From Planctomycetota bacterium (GTDB lineage Bacteria; Planctomycetota; Phycisphaerae; WQYP01), in the NCBI GenBank assembly GCA_021808105.1, contig JAKBCC010000001.1, forward strand, positions 32,753 through 96,752: a stretch of 64,000 bases of DNA, in the 5' to 3' direction. A program made the translations under genes and the position numbers. Under the pieces are notes generated by a model. That model was not told the DNA's origin. It saw nothing but the letters and a program-made list of their open reading frames with translations, and made no database searches. This document shows positions 30,689 to 41,900 of this stretch, piece after piece; the stretch's first letter is position 1, and every line of letters starts with the position of its first letter.

Positions 30689-33600
30689 ATGGCCGGCAAT
30701 ACTGAACTACCGTTCACCGGAGAGCGCTACGTCCCGAGTCTTCATGGTTATGTCGAACTTGAACACCGCCACCGATACCACCTCGCCAGCCGATTGGCTG
30801 CCGGAAAGCGCGTGCTCGATATTGCCTGCGGGGAAGGCTACGGCTCTGCAATATTGGCTCAAACGGCCCGACATGTGGTGGGAGTTGACATAGAAGAATC
30901 AGTGGTCGCCCACGCGCATGCTAAATACGCCAGCGAAAACACAATGTTTCGCGTTGGGAGATGCGAGAATATCCCCGTTCCGGATCATTCAATTGATTTG
31001 GCGGTGAGTTTTGAAACGCTTGAGCACACCCGCGACCAGGACCAGATGCTCGCAGAGTTTCGACGTGTGCTCGAGCCGGGAGGTGTATTGATTCTATCCA
31101 GTCCAAACCGATCTTATTTCCTCAATGCCAACGCGCCACCAAATCCTTTTCACGTGAAGGAACTTGGATTATTCGAGCTGGATAGTCTCATGCGAAATAA
31201 CTTTAAACATGTGCGAATTCTCGGCCAGCGCGTGGCTTACGGTTCCGTGGTTGCTCCACTGCAGGAGAAACTCACCCAGATTGAGTTGTTTGACACCAAC
31301 GGACGTCCGATCTACGAGCACGAGAGTATGGAGCATTGGTGGATATATTTTATTGTGATTGCTTCCGATGGCGTACTTCCGGAATCGGTTTCGGGAATGC
31401 TCGGTTCCGCACTCCGCGAGGAATATTTCGACGGGCTCATCGGCCAACTGCAACGCGAGGTTGCTGAAAGTCATGCGTCGATTGCGACACTGCAGGCGGA
31501 ACCTGGACGGATGACCGACGATCGCGATTCGGCCATTAAATCCCTTGAAGGGCAGGTAGCATTATCCAGATCAAACGAGCAGCAGCGAGCGGCCGAGCTT
31601 GAAACTGCGCGGTCAGAGCTTGCTGACATCAAACGCCATTTGGCCGCTTCGCAGACTTTGGCCTCCGATCGCGATTCGGCCGTTAAATCTCTGGAAGCAC
31701 AGTTGGCATTATCCAGATCAAATGAGCAGCAGCGAGCGGCTGAGCTTGAGACTGCGCGGTCAATGTTTGCTGAACTCAATCGCCAGTTGACCGCTGCGCA
31801 GGCGCTGTCCGGCCAGCGTAATTCGGTGATCAAGTCCCTGGAGGCATTATTGACCGCCTCGGAAAAGCTGTCATCCGATCGTGATTCGGCGATCAAATCT
31901 CTGGATGCGCTTTTAGGTGCCTCTAAGGCCAATGAGGAGAGGCAAAAGGCCGAAATCCATGCGTTGAATTCACGGTTCGCTGACCTTGCGGGGCAGTTGG
32001 CTGTGTCCAATCTAAATGGGGAGCAATATGCCAGGGAACTCGCAAAAATTAATCGGCGATGGACCGAGAAATTGCGACTGCGAATCAGGGCCTTGCGGAA
32101 GCAAACAAAGCCTTTACGTTATTTCCTGATGGGAAAACAGTTTCTAGCAGACGGGTCGCGTGATTCTTGGTATACCCCTGCCGCTTCCCAAAAGACCGAA
32201 GTGCGGTCGGTCGTAGGGTTCATCAAAGCCATCCGCCGGAAGACCCGGCCGGTGCGGCACCTGCTGATGGGAAAACCAGTTAAGTTGAAAAATGCCCGGT
32301 CGAATATTACTCCACCACAATTTAACATCGAAGATAGAATTGCGACGCAACCGACGTCCGAAATAATAAAGCACCCAGTGCCATCGACCTTGATAGGTCG
32401 GCGGCGTGCTGCCCTTGCAAGCGATGTTGAGCGCCGGATTAAAGATGCCCAGAAGCCCGTGCCGATTGGCACGAGAAGCGTCGTCGGCCCCACGATATCT
32501 ATCGTCATGCCGGTTTACAATACGCCTCCGGCTCTGCTGGATCTGACAATTCTTTCAGTACGCGCTCAGGAGTACCCTAACTGGGAGTTATGTATTTGCG
32601 ACGACGGGTCCAATTCCGGAGATGTCGCGGACACTGTTGAGCGACACGCGAAACAAGACCGGCGTATCAGGTTCCTACGCCAGGAAGTAAATAAGGGAAT
32701 AAGCGCGGCCAGCAACACGGCACTGGCATTGGCCAGCGGTGAGTTTGTCGGCCTCCTGGATCATGACGATGTTCTCTTACCCGATGCAATGGCACAGGTG
32801 CAAGCCGCCATTGCCGAATTTCCCGACGCCGATATGCTCTACACCGATGAGGCCATTATTAATGAGGATGGCTCGGTCCAGCGTGTATTTATCAAGCCGG
32901 ACTGGAGTCCGGCGCTCTTGACCTCCGTCATGTATACGGGCCATTTCTCGGTGTATCGAAAATCCCTTTTGGAGGGGGTCGGCGCATTTCGTTCCCGGTT
33001 CGACTTCTCCCAGGATTATGATCTCGCACTCCGGGCCAGCGAGGCGGCGCACCACATCGTACACGTGCCTCATATCGCTTATGCCTGGCGGGCGATCAGT
33101 GGATCGGCGGCGGCTGGGGGGAAGCCCTTTGCCAGAGCGACAAATATTGCAGCCCTTACCGACGCCCTGCAGCGACGTTCATTGCCAGCGCACGGCGACG
33201 CGTTGCCATACTCAAACCGCGCCTTCTTTGATAGAAAATCTCTCTCGGATTTCCTATCCATTATTATCCCTTCGGACAACGACCAGATGATAATCGAAAC
33301 CCTGGATCTGATTCGGGGCCTTTCAACTTATAAAAATTATGAAATACTTGTGGTTACCAAATCCGCGATAGTCGGCCGCATACAGTCACCTGGCGGCGGC
33401 CCAAATATTCGGTATGTGAAGTATGATAAACCGTTCAACTTTTCCGACAAATGCAATGCTGGAGCCGCTCAAGCGCGAGGCAATGTTTTGGTCTTCTTTA
33501 ACGACGATGTGCGAGTGATAACCCCGGACTGGATTGAAACGCTTTTGGAGTGTCTGCACCTTGGAGGCGTGGGAGCAGCGAGTCCCAAGATGATTTATGA

Positions 33601-35182
33601 CAACGGCCTGATTCAGCATGCCGGAATGGTTGCCGGCGTACGCCGGCTTGTCGGTACCGCATTCCACTGTCTGCCCAGCGATAGCGGCGAATATTTTAAT
33701 ATGGCACAATCGACACGGGAGGTCTCCCTGCTCTCGGGTGCGTGTCTGGCAATTCCAGCCGATGTATTCCGTGATGTTGGCGGCTTTGACGCAAAAAACA
33801 CGCCCGTAGCCCATTCGGACGTTGACTTATGCTTACGCATACGTGCTCGGGGGCTGCGATGCGTATACACACCTCACGCAACCCTGCGGCATACCGGGCA
33901 CGTATCCATCGGTTCGGTTGAGAAAGCGGCAACCAGGAAACACGTGCGGGATAAAGCGGACATCTTTCTGCTTCGCCGCTGGTGCCGTGAAATCAGCTAC
34001 GATCCGTTCTTTACAAAGCATATGCGGGACCTTGTTTACCTTGATTCGCCGGAGAACTACCAGGTTCACGCGCCCCTGATCGCTGCCGAGCATGGCGGAA
34101 CTGATATCTTGCTTATCGCTCACGATCTCTCGCAAAGTGGCGCTCCCCGGGCACTGGTAGATATGGCCCGGATATTGAAGGAGGCTGGAAATTTCGTTGT
34201 GGTCACCTCTCCGACGGATGGTCCCCACCGAGATACTCTTCTGGGTATGGGGATTCCCGTAATCATCGATGCGCACGTATTAACCGGCCACGATACGGTG
34301 GTCGATTTCGGAAAAAATTTTGATATTGTGATTGGCAATACCGTGCTGAGCTGGCGGGATATTAAGCGTTTATCTGAATATACCCGCACATATCTCTATA
34401 GCCTGGAGTCTAATTTGATTCCCCAACAATTCTTGCCACTTCCGGGTTTCACCGACGCGATACGGGGGGCCAGTGGGGTCTGGTCGGTAACTGAGCGGAC
34501 CGCACGGCATCTGCGTACGTCTCGTGATGATATCGATATCCTGCCCAATCCGGCAGCAGTGATAGGATCTATCAAGGGCGACCGGCCTCCGGGCTACAGG
34601 GAACAAGTTCGAATTGTGTTGATTGGGTCGCTGGAGTCACGAAAGGGACAGGATATAGCAGTAGAGGCGATAATGCGAATGAGTGAGCAACAGCGCCGGC
34701 AAATGACCTTGGCGATGTTCGGGCGGCGGCATGACCCAGATTTTGTTGCAAGTCTGATGCAGAGGATTGAAGGGGTTTCAGGTATTGAATTGGGGCCCGA
34801 ACTCGCCCCTTCAGATTGCCTGAAAGAAATCCGACAAGCGGATATTGTCTTACTTGCATCACGTGACGACACCCTGCCACTTGTATCACTGGACTGTCTC
34901 GCTCTGGGGCGGGTATTGGTATGCACGCGCGAGACTGGAACAAGCGAATTTTTAGAGGACGGACTATCAGGTTTCATTGCTGAAAATGCTTCCCCTGAGG
35001 CTATTGCGGACGCCCTCACAAGGGCGTTGGCCCAGCGACAGCACTGGGCGGATATCGGCCGGCGAGGTCGTGAGATTTGTGAGCGAAATTTTACATACGA
35101 GATATTCCAAAAACGATTGCTTGGCTACATTGGCTGCCCCGATGCTCTGTCAAGCCTGCAAACGGGGGTTGATCGGCCATAA
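30689..35182 (+). CDS. giant multidomain glycan synthase: class I SAM methyltransferase, coiled coil, 2x RKxTRPxRYxxMxK motif, GT2, GT2, GT4
   Basis: The ATG at 30689 has a GGAGA ribosome-binding site; the upstream in-frame stretch overlaps the ABC gene. MT motif I VLDIACGEGYGS. GT2 domains start at ISIVMPVYNTP and LSIIIPSDND. GT4-like C-terminus. Confidence 0.8.
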   Translation: MAGNTELPFTGERYVPSLHGYVELEHRHRYHLASRLAAGKRVLDIACGEGYGSAILAQTARHVVGVDIEESVVAHAHAKYASENTMFRVGRCENIPVPDHSIDLAVSFETLEHTRDQDQMLAEFRRVLEPGGVLILSSPNRSYFLNANAPPNPFHVKELGLFELDSLMRNNFKHVRILGQRVAYGSVVAPLQEKLTQIELFDTNGRPIYEHESMEHWWIYFIVIASDGVLPESVSGMLGSALREEYFDGLIGQLQREVAESHASIATLQAEPGRMTDDRDSAIKSLEGQVALSRSNEQQRAAELETARSELADIKRHLAASQTLASDRDSAVKSLEAQLALSRSNEQQRAAELETARSMFAELNRQLTAAQALSGQRNSVIKSLEALLTASEKLSSDRDSAIKSLDALLGASKANEERQKAEIHALNSRFADLAGQLAVSNLNGEQYARELAKINRRWTEKLRLRIRALRKQTKPLRYFLMGKQFLADGSRDSWYTPAASQKTEVRSVVGFIKAIRRKTRPVRHLLMGKPVKLKNARSNITPPQFNIEDRIATQPTSEIIKHPVPSTLIGRRRAALASDVERRIKDAQKPVPIGTRSVVGPTISIVMPVYNTPPALLDLTILSVRAQEYPNWELCICDDGSNSGDVADTVERHAKQDRRIRFLRQEVNKGISAASNTALALASGEFVGLLDHDDVLLPDAMAQVQAAIAEFPDADMLYTDEAIINEDGSVQRVFIKPDWSPALLTSVMYTGHFSVYRKSLLEGVGAFRSRFDFSQDYDLALRASEAAHHIVHVPHIAYAWRAISGSAAAGGKPFARATNIAALTDALQRRSLPAHGDALPYSNRAFFDRKSLSDFLSIIIPSDNDQMIIETLDLIRGLSTYKNYEILVVTKSAIVGRIQSPGGGPNIRYVKYDKPFNFSDKCNAGAAQARGNVLVFFNDDVRVITPDWIETLLECLHLGGVGAASPKMIYDNGLIQHAGMVAGVRRLVGTAFHCLPSDSGEYFNMAQSTREVSLLSGACLAIPADVFRDVGGFDAKNTPVAHSDVDLCLRIRARGLRCVYTPHATLRHTGHVSIGSVEKAATRKHVRDKADIFLLRRWCREISYDPFFTKHMRDLVYLDSPENYQVHAPLIAAEHGGTDILLIAHDLSQSGAPRALVDMARILKEAGNFVVVTSPTDGPHRDTLLGMGIPVIIDAHVLTGHDTVVDFGKNFDIVIGNTVLSWRDIKRLSEYTRTYLYSLESNLIPQQFLPLPGFTDAIRGASGVWSVTERTARHLRTSRDDIDILPNPAAVIGSIKGDRPPGYREQVRIVLIGSLESRKGQDIAVEAIMRMSEQQRRQMTLAMFGRRHDPDFVASLMQRIEGVSGIELGPELAPSDCLKEIRQADIVLLASRDDTLPLVSLDCLALGRVLVCTRETGTSEFLEDGLSGFIAENASPEAIADALTRALAQRQHWADIGRRGREICERNFTYEIFQKRLLGYIGCPDALSSLQTGVDRP
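31517..31990 (+). repeat. in-frame tandem repeats, period 147 nt (49 aa), encoding the coiled coil
   Basis: Copies at 31520-31666 and 31667-31813 are about 90% identical over the first 100 nt. Further degenerate copies reach about 31990. Peptide unit DRDSA[IV]KSLE.Q.ALSRSNEQQRAAELETARS. Confidence 0.8.
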
Positions 35183-35411
35183 AAGAGCCGAAGGGTCGGT
35201 TGCATATTTTCCGAATTGAGCCGATACAATCAATTTTTTAACCGCCCTCTGGCGCGGTAATAAATGTTGTAATGCTAGGGTTTGGAATTGATGGTTTGGA
35301 ATTGATGGCAACGCAGTTTGGGATTAAGTTGGTAGTTTCGGTTGTTGCCGCGTCCAATTATCGCGGGTGTTCCGAAATTAAATTTCGTGCCGGCCGCTTG
35401 GATTTAATCGG

Positions 35412-36170
35412 TTGCGGGGTCTTGAACTTAGGATGCGTATTGACATGATTACCTGTTCGGTCGGCGGCGGCGACAAATTTACTGAAACAGTTGTGCTGTG
35501 GGATTCTCTGGCATCTCAATGGCAGCTGGCTCCAAACGAGGGGGCATACGTCGACAGGCAGCAGGGTACGTCGTGCGCCAATTGCGGATCAAACCTGCGT
35601 TCAATCGCATTGGCTGACGCCATTCGCAGCGCAGTAGGAACGGATTTGACGCTGCAGGCCTATGTAACGCAACCCGAGGCACGCACCTTGTCCGTTCTGG
35701 AAATCAACGAGGCGGGGCACCTAAGCCCGACGCTACGGCAACTGACTGGGCATGTGTTGGCCGCGTACCCCGCTGTCGACACGCACGCACTGCCAGTAAC
35801 ACCTTTGATATCGTGGTTCATTCTGACACTTTAGAGCATGTAACAAACCCGGTACATGCCCTTATGGAGTGCCACCGGGTGCTCCGCCCGTGCGGCTGGC
35901 TGTGCTTCACAGTGCCAACGATCATTGGACGCCTTTCCCGCAGCCGCAGCGGCTTGGCGAAAACTTTTCATGGCACCCCCCCATACAGCGACCGATGATT
36001 TCGTGGTTCATACCGAATTTGGTTCCGACATGTGGACGTATGTTCTTCAGGCGGCCTTTTCTTCCGTCACCGTCAACACCGTTGACTTTCCCGCAGCCCT
36101 CGCCCTGTCCGCACGAAAAAGCGGCCCCCAGTGTTGTTCGGATGCCGCGTCATGGCTGTGGCCGCAATAA
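35412..36170 (+). pseudogene. frameshifted Zn-ribbon class I methyltransferase (decayed paralog of the 46679 gene)
   Basis: The motifs FDIVVHSDTLEHV..RVLRPCGWLCFTVP are split across at least two reading frames (35412-35834, 35813-35998, 35856-36170). Confidence 0.5.
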
Positions 36171-36189
36171 GTTATGATATACTCTTGGC

Positions 36190-36330
36190 ATGGCTAAAGT
36201 TTACGTTGAGACAAGTTTTTTCAGCGCGTGCGTCACCGATCGGTCAAGTGAAAAGATTATCGGATGGCGAGCTTCGAGCAACGAATGGTGGATGACACGT
36301 TATTACGCCAGATATGTTACAGGAGTTTGA
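36190..36330 (+). pseudogene. N-terminal fragment of a PIN-domain protein (46 codons)
   Basis: MAKVYVETSFFSACVTDRSSEKIIGW resembles the VapC/PIN N-terminus; it ends after 46 aa. Confidence 0.35.
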
Positions 36331-36332
36331 AG

Positions 36333-36611
36333 ATGCCCCGGATTAAAAACATCAATGTTGTTTCGGAAAAAACGCCGGTTGACGATGTCCGCGCTGTCCG
36401 CGAGCGATTGAACCGCGAAGCAGGCGGTGATATTCATTTATTGATACAACAGTCACGTGCGGCTACCGAGAAATTTAGTGCCAGGCTTGGGCTTAAAATG
36501 ACATCGGCGGCGGCTCGCCCGGCTCGCTACCAGCGGGCCTGCCGGACCAACCGTATTATTTCATCGCGTGTTCGCACGCGCAGACCTGGCCGGACATCGG
36601 CCAAGCCGTAA
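36333..36611 (+). CDS. small hypothetical protein with Arg-rich C-terminus
   Basis: ATG with AGGAG ribosome-binding site 8 nt upstream; no family recognised. Confidence 0.35.
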   Translation: MPRIKNINVVSEKTPVDDVRAVRERLNREAGGDIHLLIQQSRAATEKFSARLGLKMTSAAARPARYQRACRTNRIISSRVRTRRPGRTSAKP

Positions 36612-36877
36612 GCCGCAAAAGCTGGGAGAAGCGAAACGGGGACGCAGCTAGTTTTTGAGGATAGCAAGACAAAACGGCCGCCCGAATTTGGCATTGGCAG
36701 CATCCGAAGCAGCGTCCGAAGCTTGAGACCATTGGTTATAGCTTCTACACTTTCACGAATTATTTTGGCTTCAACTACGCCATATTTTTTAGCGGTGGTT
36801 AAAAACAATCCGTTCAATGGCTGAAATTCCACCACACAGTGGTTGATATTCAACCGGTTAACGGATATAATTCCAGC

Positions 36878-38125
36878 ATGTTGGTTCAACGATACATAAC
36901 ACCGCTTGTCGAAATCGCACTGCTTGATACACCTGCCGTTTATATCCAAGGGCCTCGGCAGGCCGGCAAAAGTACGCTTGTGCAAATGCTTTCGGAAAAG
37001 ACGGGGCGGCGTTATCTGTCGCTTGATGATGCTGCCACGCTCGCCGCTGCCCGTACTGATCCGGGCGGCTTTCTCGCACGATTTGACGGGCCGATCGCGA
37101 TTGACGAAGTGCAGGCGGCACCCGAACTGGGCCGCGCGATTAAAGCCGCTATAGACCGGGACCGCAAACCGGGGAAATTTTTGCTGACCGGCTCTGCCGG
37201 CATCATGGTTATTCCTGAGCTGGCTTTACAGCTTGTGGGGCGGATGGAACTGCTTACTCTCTGGCCGTTGGCGCAACGCGAAATCACCGGCACGCACGGT
37301 TCGATGATTGATGAACTATTGGCCGAAGCGTTTGTCGGTCTGCCCATTAACAGCGAAGGGCGGCAAAAGTTGCTTTCACGCCTGATCGCCGGCGGTTATC
37401 CCGAGCCGCTGCAACGCACAACTCCGGAATCAAAATCGCGGTGGTTTGATTCCTATGAAACCACCATTCTCCAGCGCGATGTGCGTGACTTGGCCAATGT
37501 GGAAAACCTGGGCATATTTCCCAACCTGCTGCGACTGCTGGCAGGCCGCGACATGTCCATTCTGAATGTTGCCGATGTGGCGCGAACGCTTTCACTTCCA
37601 CAAACTACGGTGAAGCGATATTTGGCGGTACTGTCCGGTTTGTTTTTGACCGGTTCGCTTCCCGCCTGGCACCGCAATGCCACAGCACGGCTGGCCAAAG
37701 CCCCGAAGGCCATGCTGGTAGATACCGGCTTGGCCTGTCACCTTATGGATTTGGATATGGATCGGCTGGAGGCCAATTCGACCATGGCCGGTCACCTGGT
37801 GGAAAATCTGGCGGCCATGGAACTGATCAAGCAGGCGGGATGGGCAAAAACAAGATCTGAATTTTTTCATTTTCGCACGCTTTCAGGGGCAGAAGTGGAC
37901 CTCGTGCTGGAAGATCGCCGGGGAAGGGTTGTCGGCATAGAGGTAAAATTTTCCCAGACCCTTTCCAAAACAGATTTGCGCGGTATGGAGGTACTTCGCC
38001 AAGCCGCCGGCCAAAATTTTTTACGCGGCATTATTTTTTACAGCGGTCATGAAACGCTTCCCTTCGGTCCGGATTGCTGGGCGGTTCCGATAGATGCACT
38101 TTGGAACGGCGTTAAATCATCCTGA
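36878..38125 (+). CDS. AAA_14/DUF4143-type ATPase
   Basis: Walker A GPRQAGKSTL and C-terminal SGAEVDLVLE..VVGIEVKFS motif. Paralog of 47683-48954. Confidence 0.8.
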   Translation: MLVQRYITPLVEIALLDTPAVYIQGPRQAGKSTLVQMLSEKTGRRYLSLDDAATLAAARTDPGGFLARFDGPIAIDEVQAAPELGRAIKAAIDRDRKPGKFLLTGSAGIMVIPELALQLVGRMELLTLWPLAQREITGTHGSMIDELLAEAFVGLPINSEGRQKLLSRLIAGGYPEPLQRTTPESKSRWFDSYETTILQRDVRDLANVENLGIFPNLLRLLAGRDMSILNVADVARTLSLPQTTVKRYLAVLSGLFLTGSLPAWHRNATARLAKAPKAMLVDTGLACHLMDLDMDRLEANSTMAGHLVENLAAMELIKQAGWAKTRSEFFHFRTLSGAEVDLVLEDRRGRVVGIEVKFSQTLSKTDLRGMEVLRQAAGQNFLRGIIFYSGHETLPFGPDCWAVPIDALWNGVKSS

Positions 38126-38167
38126 TCGGGAATGTTTTTGGCGCGGTAATTAAGTTCGCACGCATCC

Positions 38168-38515
38168 CTATTGATCAAGAATTACGACGATCGCGTCAAG
38201 GAGTCGCTGCGCGTGAATCGACGCGACCTGCCAGAGAACATCCGGATTCACGCTTCCATAGTCGTGGGCGAGGATATGGCGAGTTGCAATAATTTTTCGC
38301 CATTCAATTTCAGGGTGGACTTTCTGGAATTGGGGCGACACCGCTCTGGCGGCTTCGCCGATCGTTTCGATCCAGCGCTCAACTGCGGCGCGGAATACCT
38401 CATCATCATCCAAAGCCACTCTTTCTCGTCCCACAGCGTTACGAATAAGCTGCGTGACCGCGTGCCGCATGTCTTCGAGTCGAGCGCGATCATAAACATC
38501 AGGACTCATAGACAA
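38168..38515 (-). CDS. hepT: HepT (HEPN/DUF86) toxin
   Basis: Rx4HxY HEPN motif in RHILAHDY. Overlaps the mntA stop by 17 nt. Confidence 0.8.
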   Translation of the reverse strand: MSMSPDVYDRARLEDMRHAVTQLIRNAVGRERVALDDDEVFRAAVERWIETIGEAARAVSPQFQKVHPEIEWRKIIATRHILAHDYGSVNPDVLWQVASIHAQRLLDAIVVILDQ

Positions 38516-38807
38516 CCCTTTGTGTCCTTAGAATTTCCTGGCGGCGATAGGGATTGGTAATAAACCTGTCCTCCACAAGATCAACCGCACGACCCGCGAA
38601 AACCGCGGATGCCTCCTCCATCATTTCAGGAAGATTGTCAAAGGTCATGGCTCCGCCATGATCAAATTCCAATAACAGATCCACATCGCTGGTCGGCGAG
38701 AAGTCGTTGCGTAATATCGACCCGAAAACAGACAATTTACGAATCTTCCAGTGCCGACAATAGGTTGCAATCTTTTGCGTATCCACCGGTATTGCAAATG
38801 TCTCCAC
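38499..38807 (-). CDS. mntA: MntA minimal nucleotidyltransferase antitoxin
   Basis: GSx9DxD motif in GSILRNDFSPTSDVDLLLEF. Confidence 0.8.
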   Translation of the reverse strand: METFAIPVDTQKIATYCRHWKIRKLSVFGSILRNDFSPTSDVDLLLEFDHGGAMTFDNLPEMMEEASAVFAGRAVDLVEDRFITNPYRRQEILRTQRVVYES

Positions 38808-38990
38808 GGTTCACCTCTTCAACTGGTCGGACCCTTGCTTGAAACAAAGACCCAACGATACAATTATGGCAGAGATTATAACCGCCCCGCGTTCAGGAGC
38901 GAAGCACCCACAAAGCGAAACCGGCGTGCCGGTTATTCGCCAGCCTGCAGGGCCGAAAATGTTTTATGCGGTGCTATTTTCCACCATCCA

Positions 38991-41900
38991 TCATGCCCCG
39001 GCATGCATCAACCCCAGGGCTGGAATTTTGGATTTATGGGCACTGCCGTTGTCTGCATTATGTCGGTGGGGAGGCTCAAGGACATCGGCCAGATCAGGGT
39101 GCCGGCGGTAGTCAGGGTAATCACCCGTGTGAAGGGATAACATCTGGTAGGTTGACTGGCGCACCATCTCTATCATGGATTGCGTGTGCGCATCCACGGG
39201 AAGTTTTTGAAGCCAGAACATTTGCACTTTCAGAACCTCACGAAATAGATTGATCGCCCTGGCTTTAAGCGTCACGCTTTGGCTGTGACGGCGGTGATGA
39301 TTCAGCGGATCGGGCACGAAACAAATCCAGCCGTCCTGCAGGAGATTCAGATAAAACATCCAATCGCCGGCATGCCGGAGGTCCTGCATCATCGGACGTA
39401 ATTCCGCAGTGATGGGTTTGCGGAACAACACCGCGCTGGCGTTAGGAATGGTGTTTTTGATAATCAGCGAATCCATGATTTCCAGAGGTCCGGGGCGTAA
39501 ATAGGCGCTTTGCCATTTATCCGCATGAACCTCCCGCGTGTACTGAAGATAGTCATTGCCCAGGATGGCACCCCGCTCATCCATCATCTTTGATTGTGCG
39601 TAACTCAACACGGCGTCGGGATGACGGAACCCGTCTACCAGGCGGCCCAACAATGTCGGCTCACACAGATCATCCGCTTCCGCTATCCAGATAAGTTCCG
39701 ATGCGCATTCATCAATTCCGCGCAGCCATTGTGCAAAGACCCCCTGGTTTTGACGGTTTTCAATAATACGGAAAGGAACAGTGCCGCGGGAAAGAATCTC
39801 GCGCGCCACTTCCACGCTGTTATCTTCCGAGGCATCATCGAGAAAAATAATTTCCGCCGGGCGATAGGTCTGCTGCAGAATGCTTTCCAGGCGTTGGGGA
39901 AGGTAATGGGCGTAATTATAGTTAGGCACTACTACGCTGACGGCTGGAAATGTGCAACCCAGTTCTTTTGCCAGGTCACAGGCATAGATAGTGTGGTCAA
40001 AATGCTCCTTAATTAAAAGCGGACCCGCCTGGGCCACGTAGCGTCGGCCTGCGGAATCAGCCAGGAAGTCAATAACGGCCCGACCCATGGTGCGGGTATC
40101 CTCATAGGGCACCAGACGTCCCAGCCGGGGTGTGACGATTTGCGTAAATCCGCCCGCGGAAGCAAATCCAATCACCGGCAGGCCCGCATGAAATGCTTCC
40201 AGGACCACACTGGGAAAAGGATCTTCACGCGAGGTCATCAAGTACAGATCAGCCGCGGCAAAATACCGGCTGACATCGCGCGTGCGCGGAACAAAATGAA
40301 AATGCTCCGGAGTGGGTGCCGCGCGAAGCAGTCGTTTCACGATAATCTCAAAATCCTGGTGCAGGTCGCCTACCCATACCAGATGAATAGCGGGATTCCC
40401 CGCCAGAGCGGCATTACCGGCCTGGATGAATAAATCCGGTCCCTTGCGCCGGTCTCCAAAACCGGCGGCCAGCACCAGAGGGGCATCTGCCGGAATGCCC
40501 AGTTCTGCCCGTACATCTTGGCGAATCGTATGGCGGTCCTTCAGAAATTCATTGGGCGTATACATTCCCTGCGCCTTGATGAGCACTTTTTCCGGCGGAA
40601 TTTCCGACAGCGACAGAAAAGAGTCGCGCACAATCGTGGAGGCGAAAACCACGCGATCCACAGCCTTGGCCGTTATGCCTAAATTCTCGGCCTCGCCAAA
40701 TTGCCGAATCACTCCGGCCATTTCATGCACCAGCCAGAGTACTTTAAATCCGTGCCCCTTTAAGTCACGGGCGATTTCGCCGGACACCACCGTGTTACAA
40801 ATGGCTCCGAAGTAAGATTGCGATTTCAGTTCTGCCAAGAGCGCCGTACGCTGCTGGCTGGATAGCTGCCACCAGCGATAAATTTCTCCGCATTGGGCGA
40901 ACTGGTCTTCCAGATCACCTTCACCCAGCGTGATGATCGCAAGAGTGCAACCCAGTTGTCGGGAAAGATCTCGGCATACATTAAGAATGATAAGTTGCGC
41001 ACCATGCGGATGACAGTCGTGCGTCACCACCACGAGTTTGCGCGGCAGTTGCCCGGCGGGGAATTGTTGCAACGCCTCAGCGGTGGCCTGCAGCCAAGCA
41101 TACCCATAGCGCCGATCCGGCTCAAGATACGCACCTTCCGCCCATTCATTCCAGGCGTTGATAAAAACAAATTGTTCCCCGGCTGGAAGGTTTTTGGAAG
41201 TATATTCGCACGCACTATTGAGCCATTGGCGGTACAGGGCAGGTGTTGCGCCGGCATAGGTTACGCCATGGCCTGGTTTGCGGGATTCATTATCCCATCC
41301 CGGGCAAACGCCGCGGAACAGACGATAAGGTGGCTGAGGCAGCTCCTGACATTTTTCGATCAGATTAGGGTAGTCGTATACCGTTCCGGCATAGTTTGAA
41401 TTCAGGCCCTGAATGTCGGATGTGATAATCCGCGTGTCAATATTGTTGGGGGGAAATTCAATGGCATAATCAAAACCGATGGCAGCGGGATCGATGCGGT
41501 CAAAGGACTGGGTATAGGCGATAACTATTTCACCTATGCCGCAGTCCCGGCAATATTGCCGCCAGCGCCGCGCCGTGGCCGCCGGATCAGGCAGAAGGGA
41601 GGGGCGATAAACAACCAGCAAGGGACGCCCCTCAACGCGGATGTAACGGGAATCTGTAAAAAGCGAAGTAACTTCGTGGATAAACGCGAGGTCATCTTCG
41701 GCGCTGTGCTGCTGTTGGATCAGAACGTCGTTCTCCAGGCCATCCCAGCACCGCGACCAGGATTCATTGGCCCAGCAGATACAGAACGGAAAATCCAATT
41801 CCGGACGCCTAAGCATTTGCTCCAGTGGATGTTCCAACAGTTTTCGTCCATTAAACCAATAATAGTAGTAACAGAAGCCCTGGATGCCGTATTGCCGCGC

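Noticed and set aside
31471-32010. 179 aa minus-strand ORF with repeated SRDL..AESRS
   Set aside because: Antisense translation of the in-frame coiled-coil tandem repeats of the + giant gene.
35282-35311. GGTTTGGAATTGAT x2 tandem duplication
   Set aside because: Only two copies of a 14 nt unit in an intergenic region; probably a trivial local duplication.
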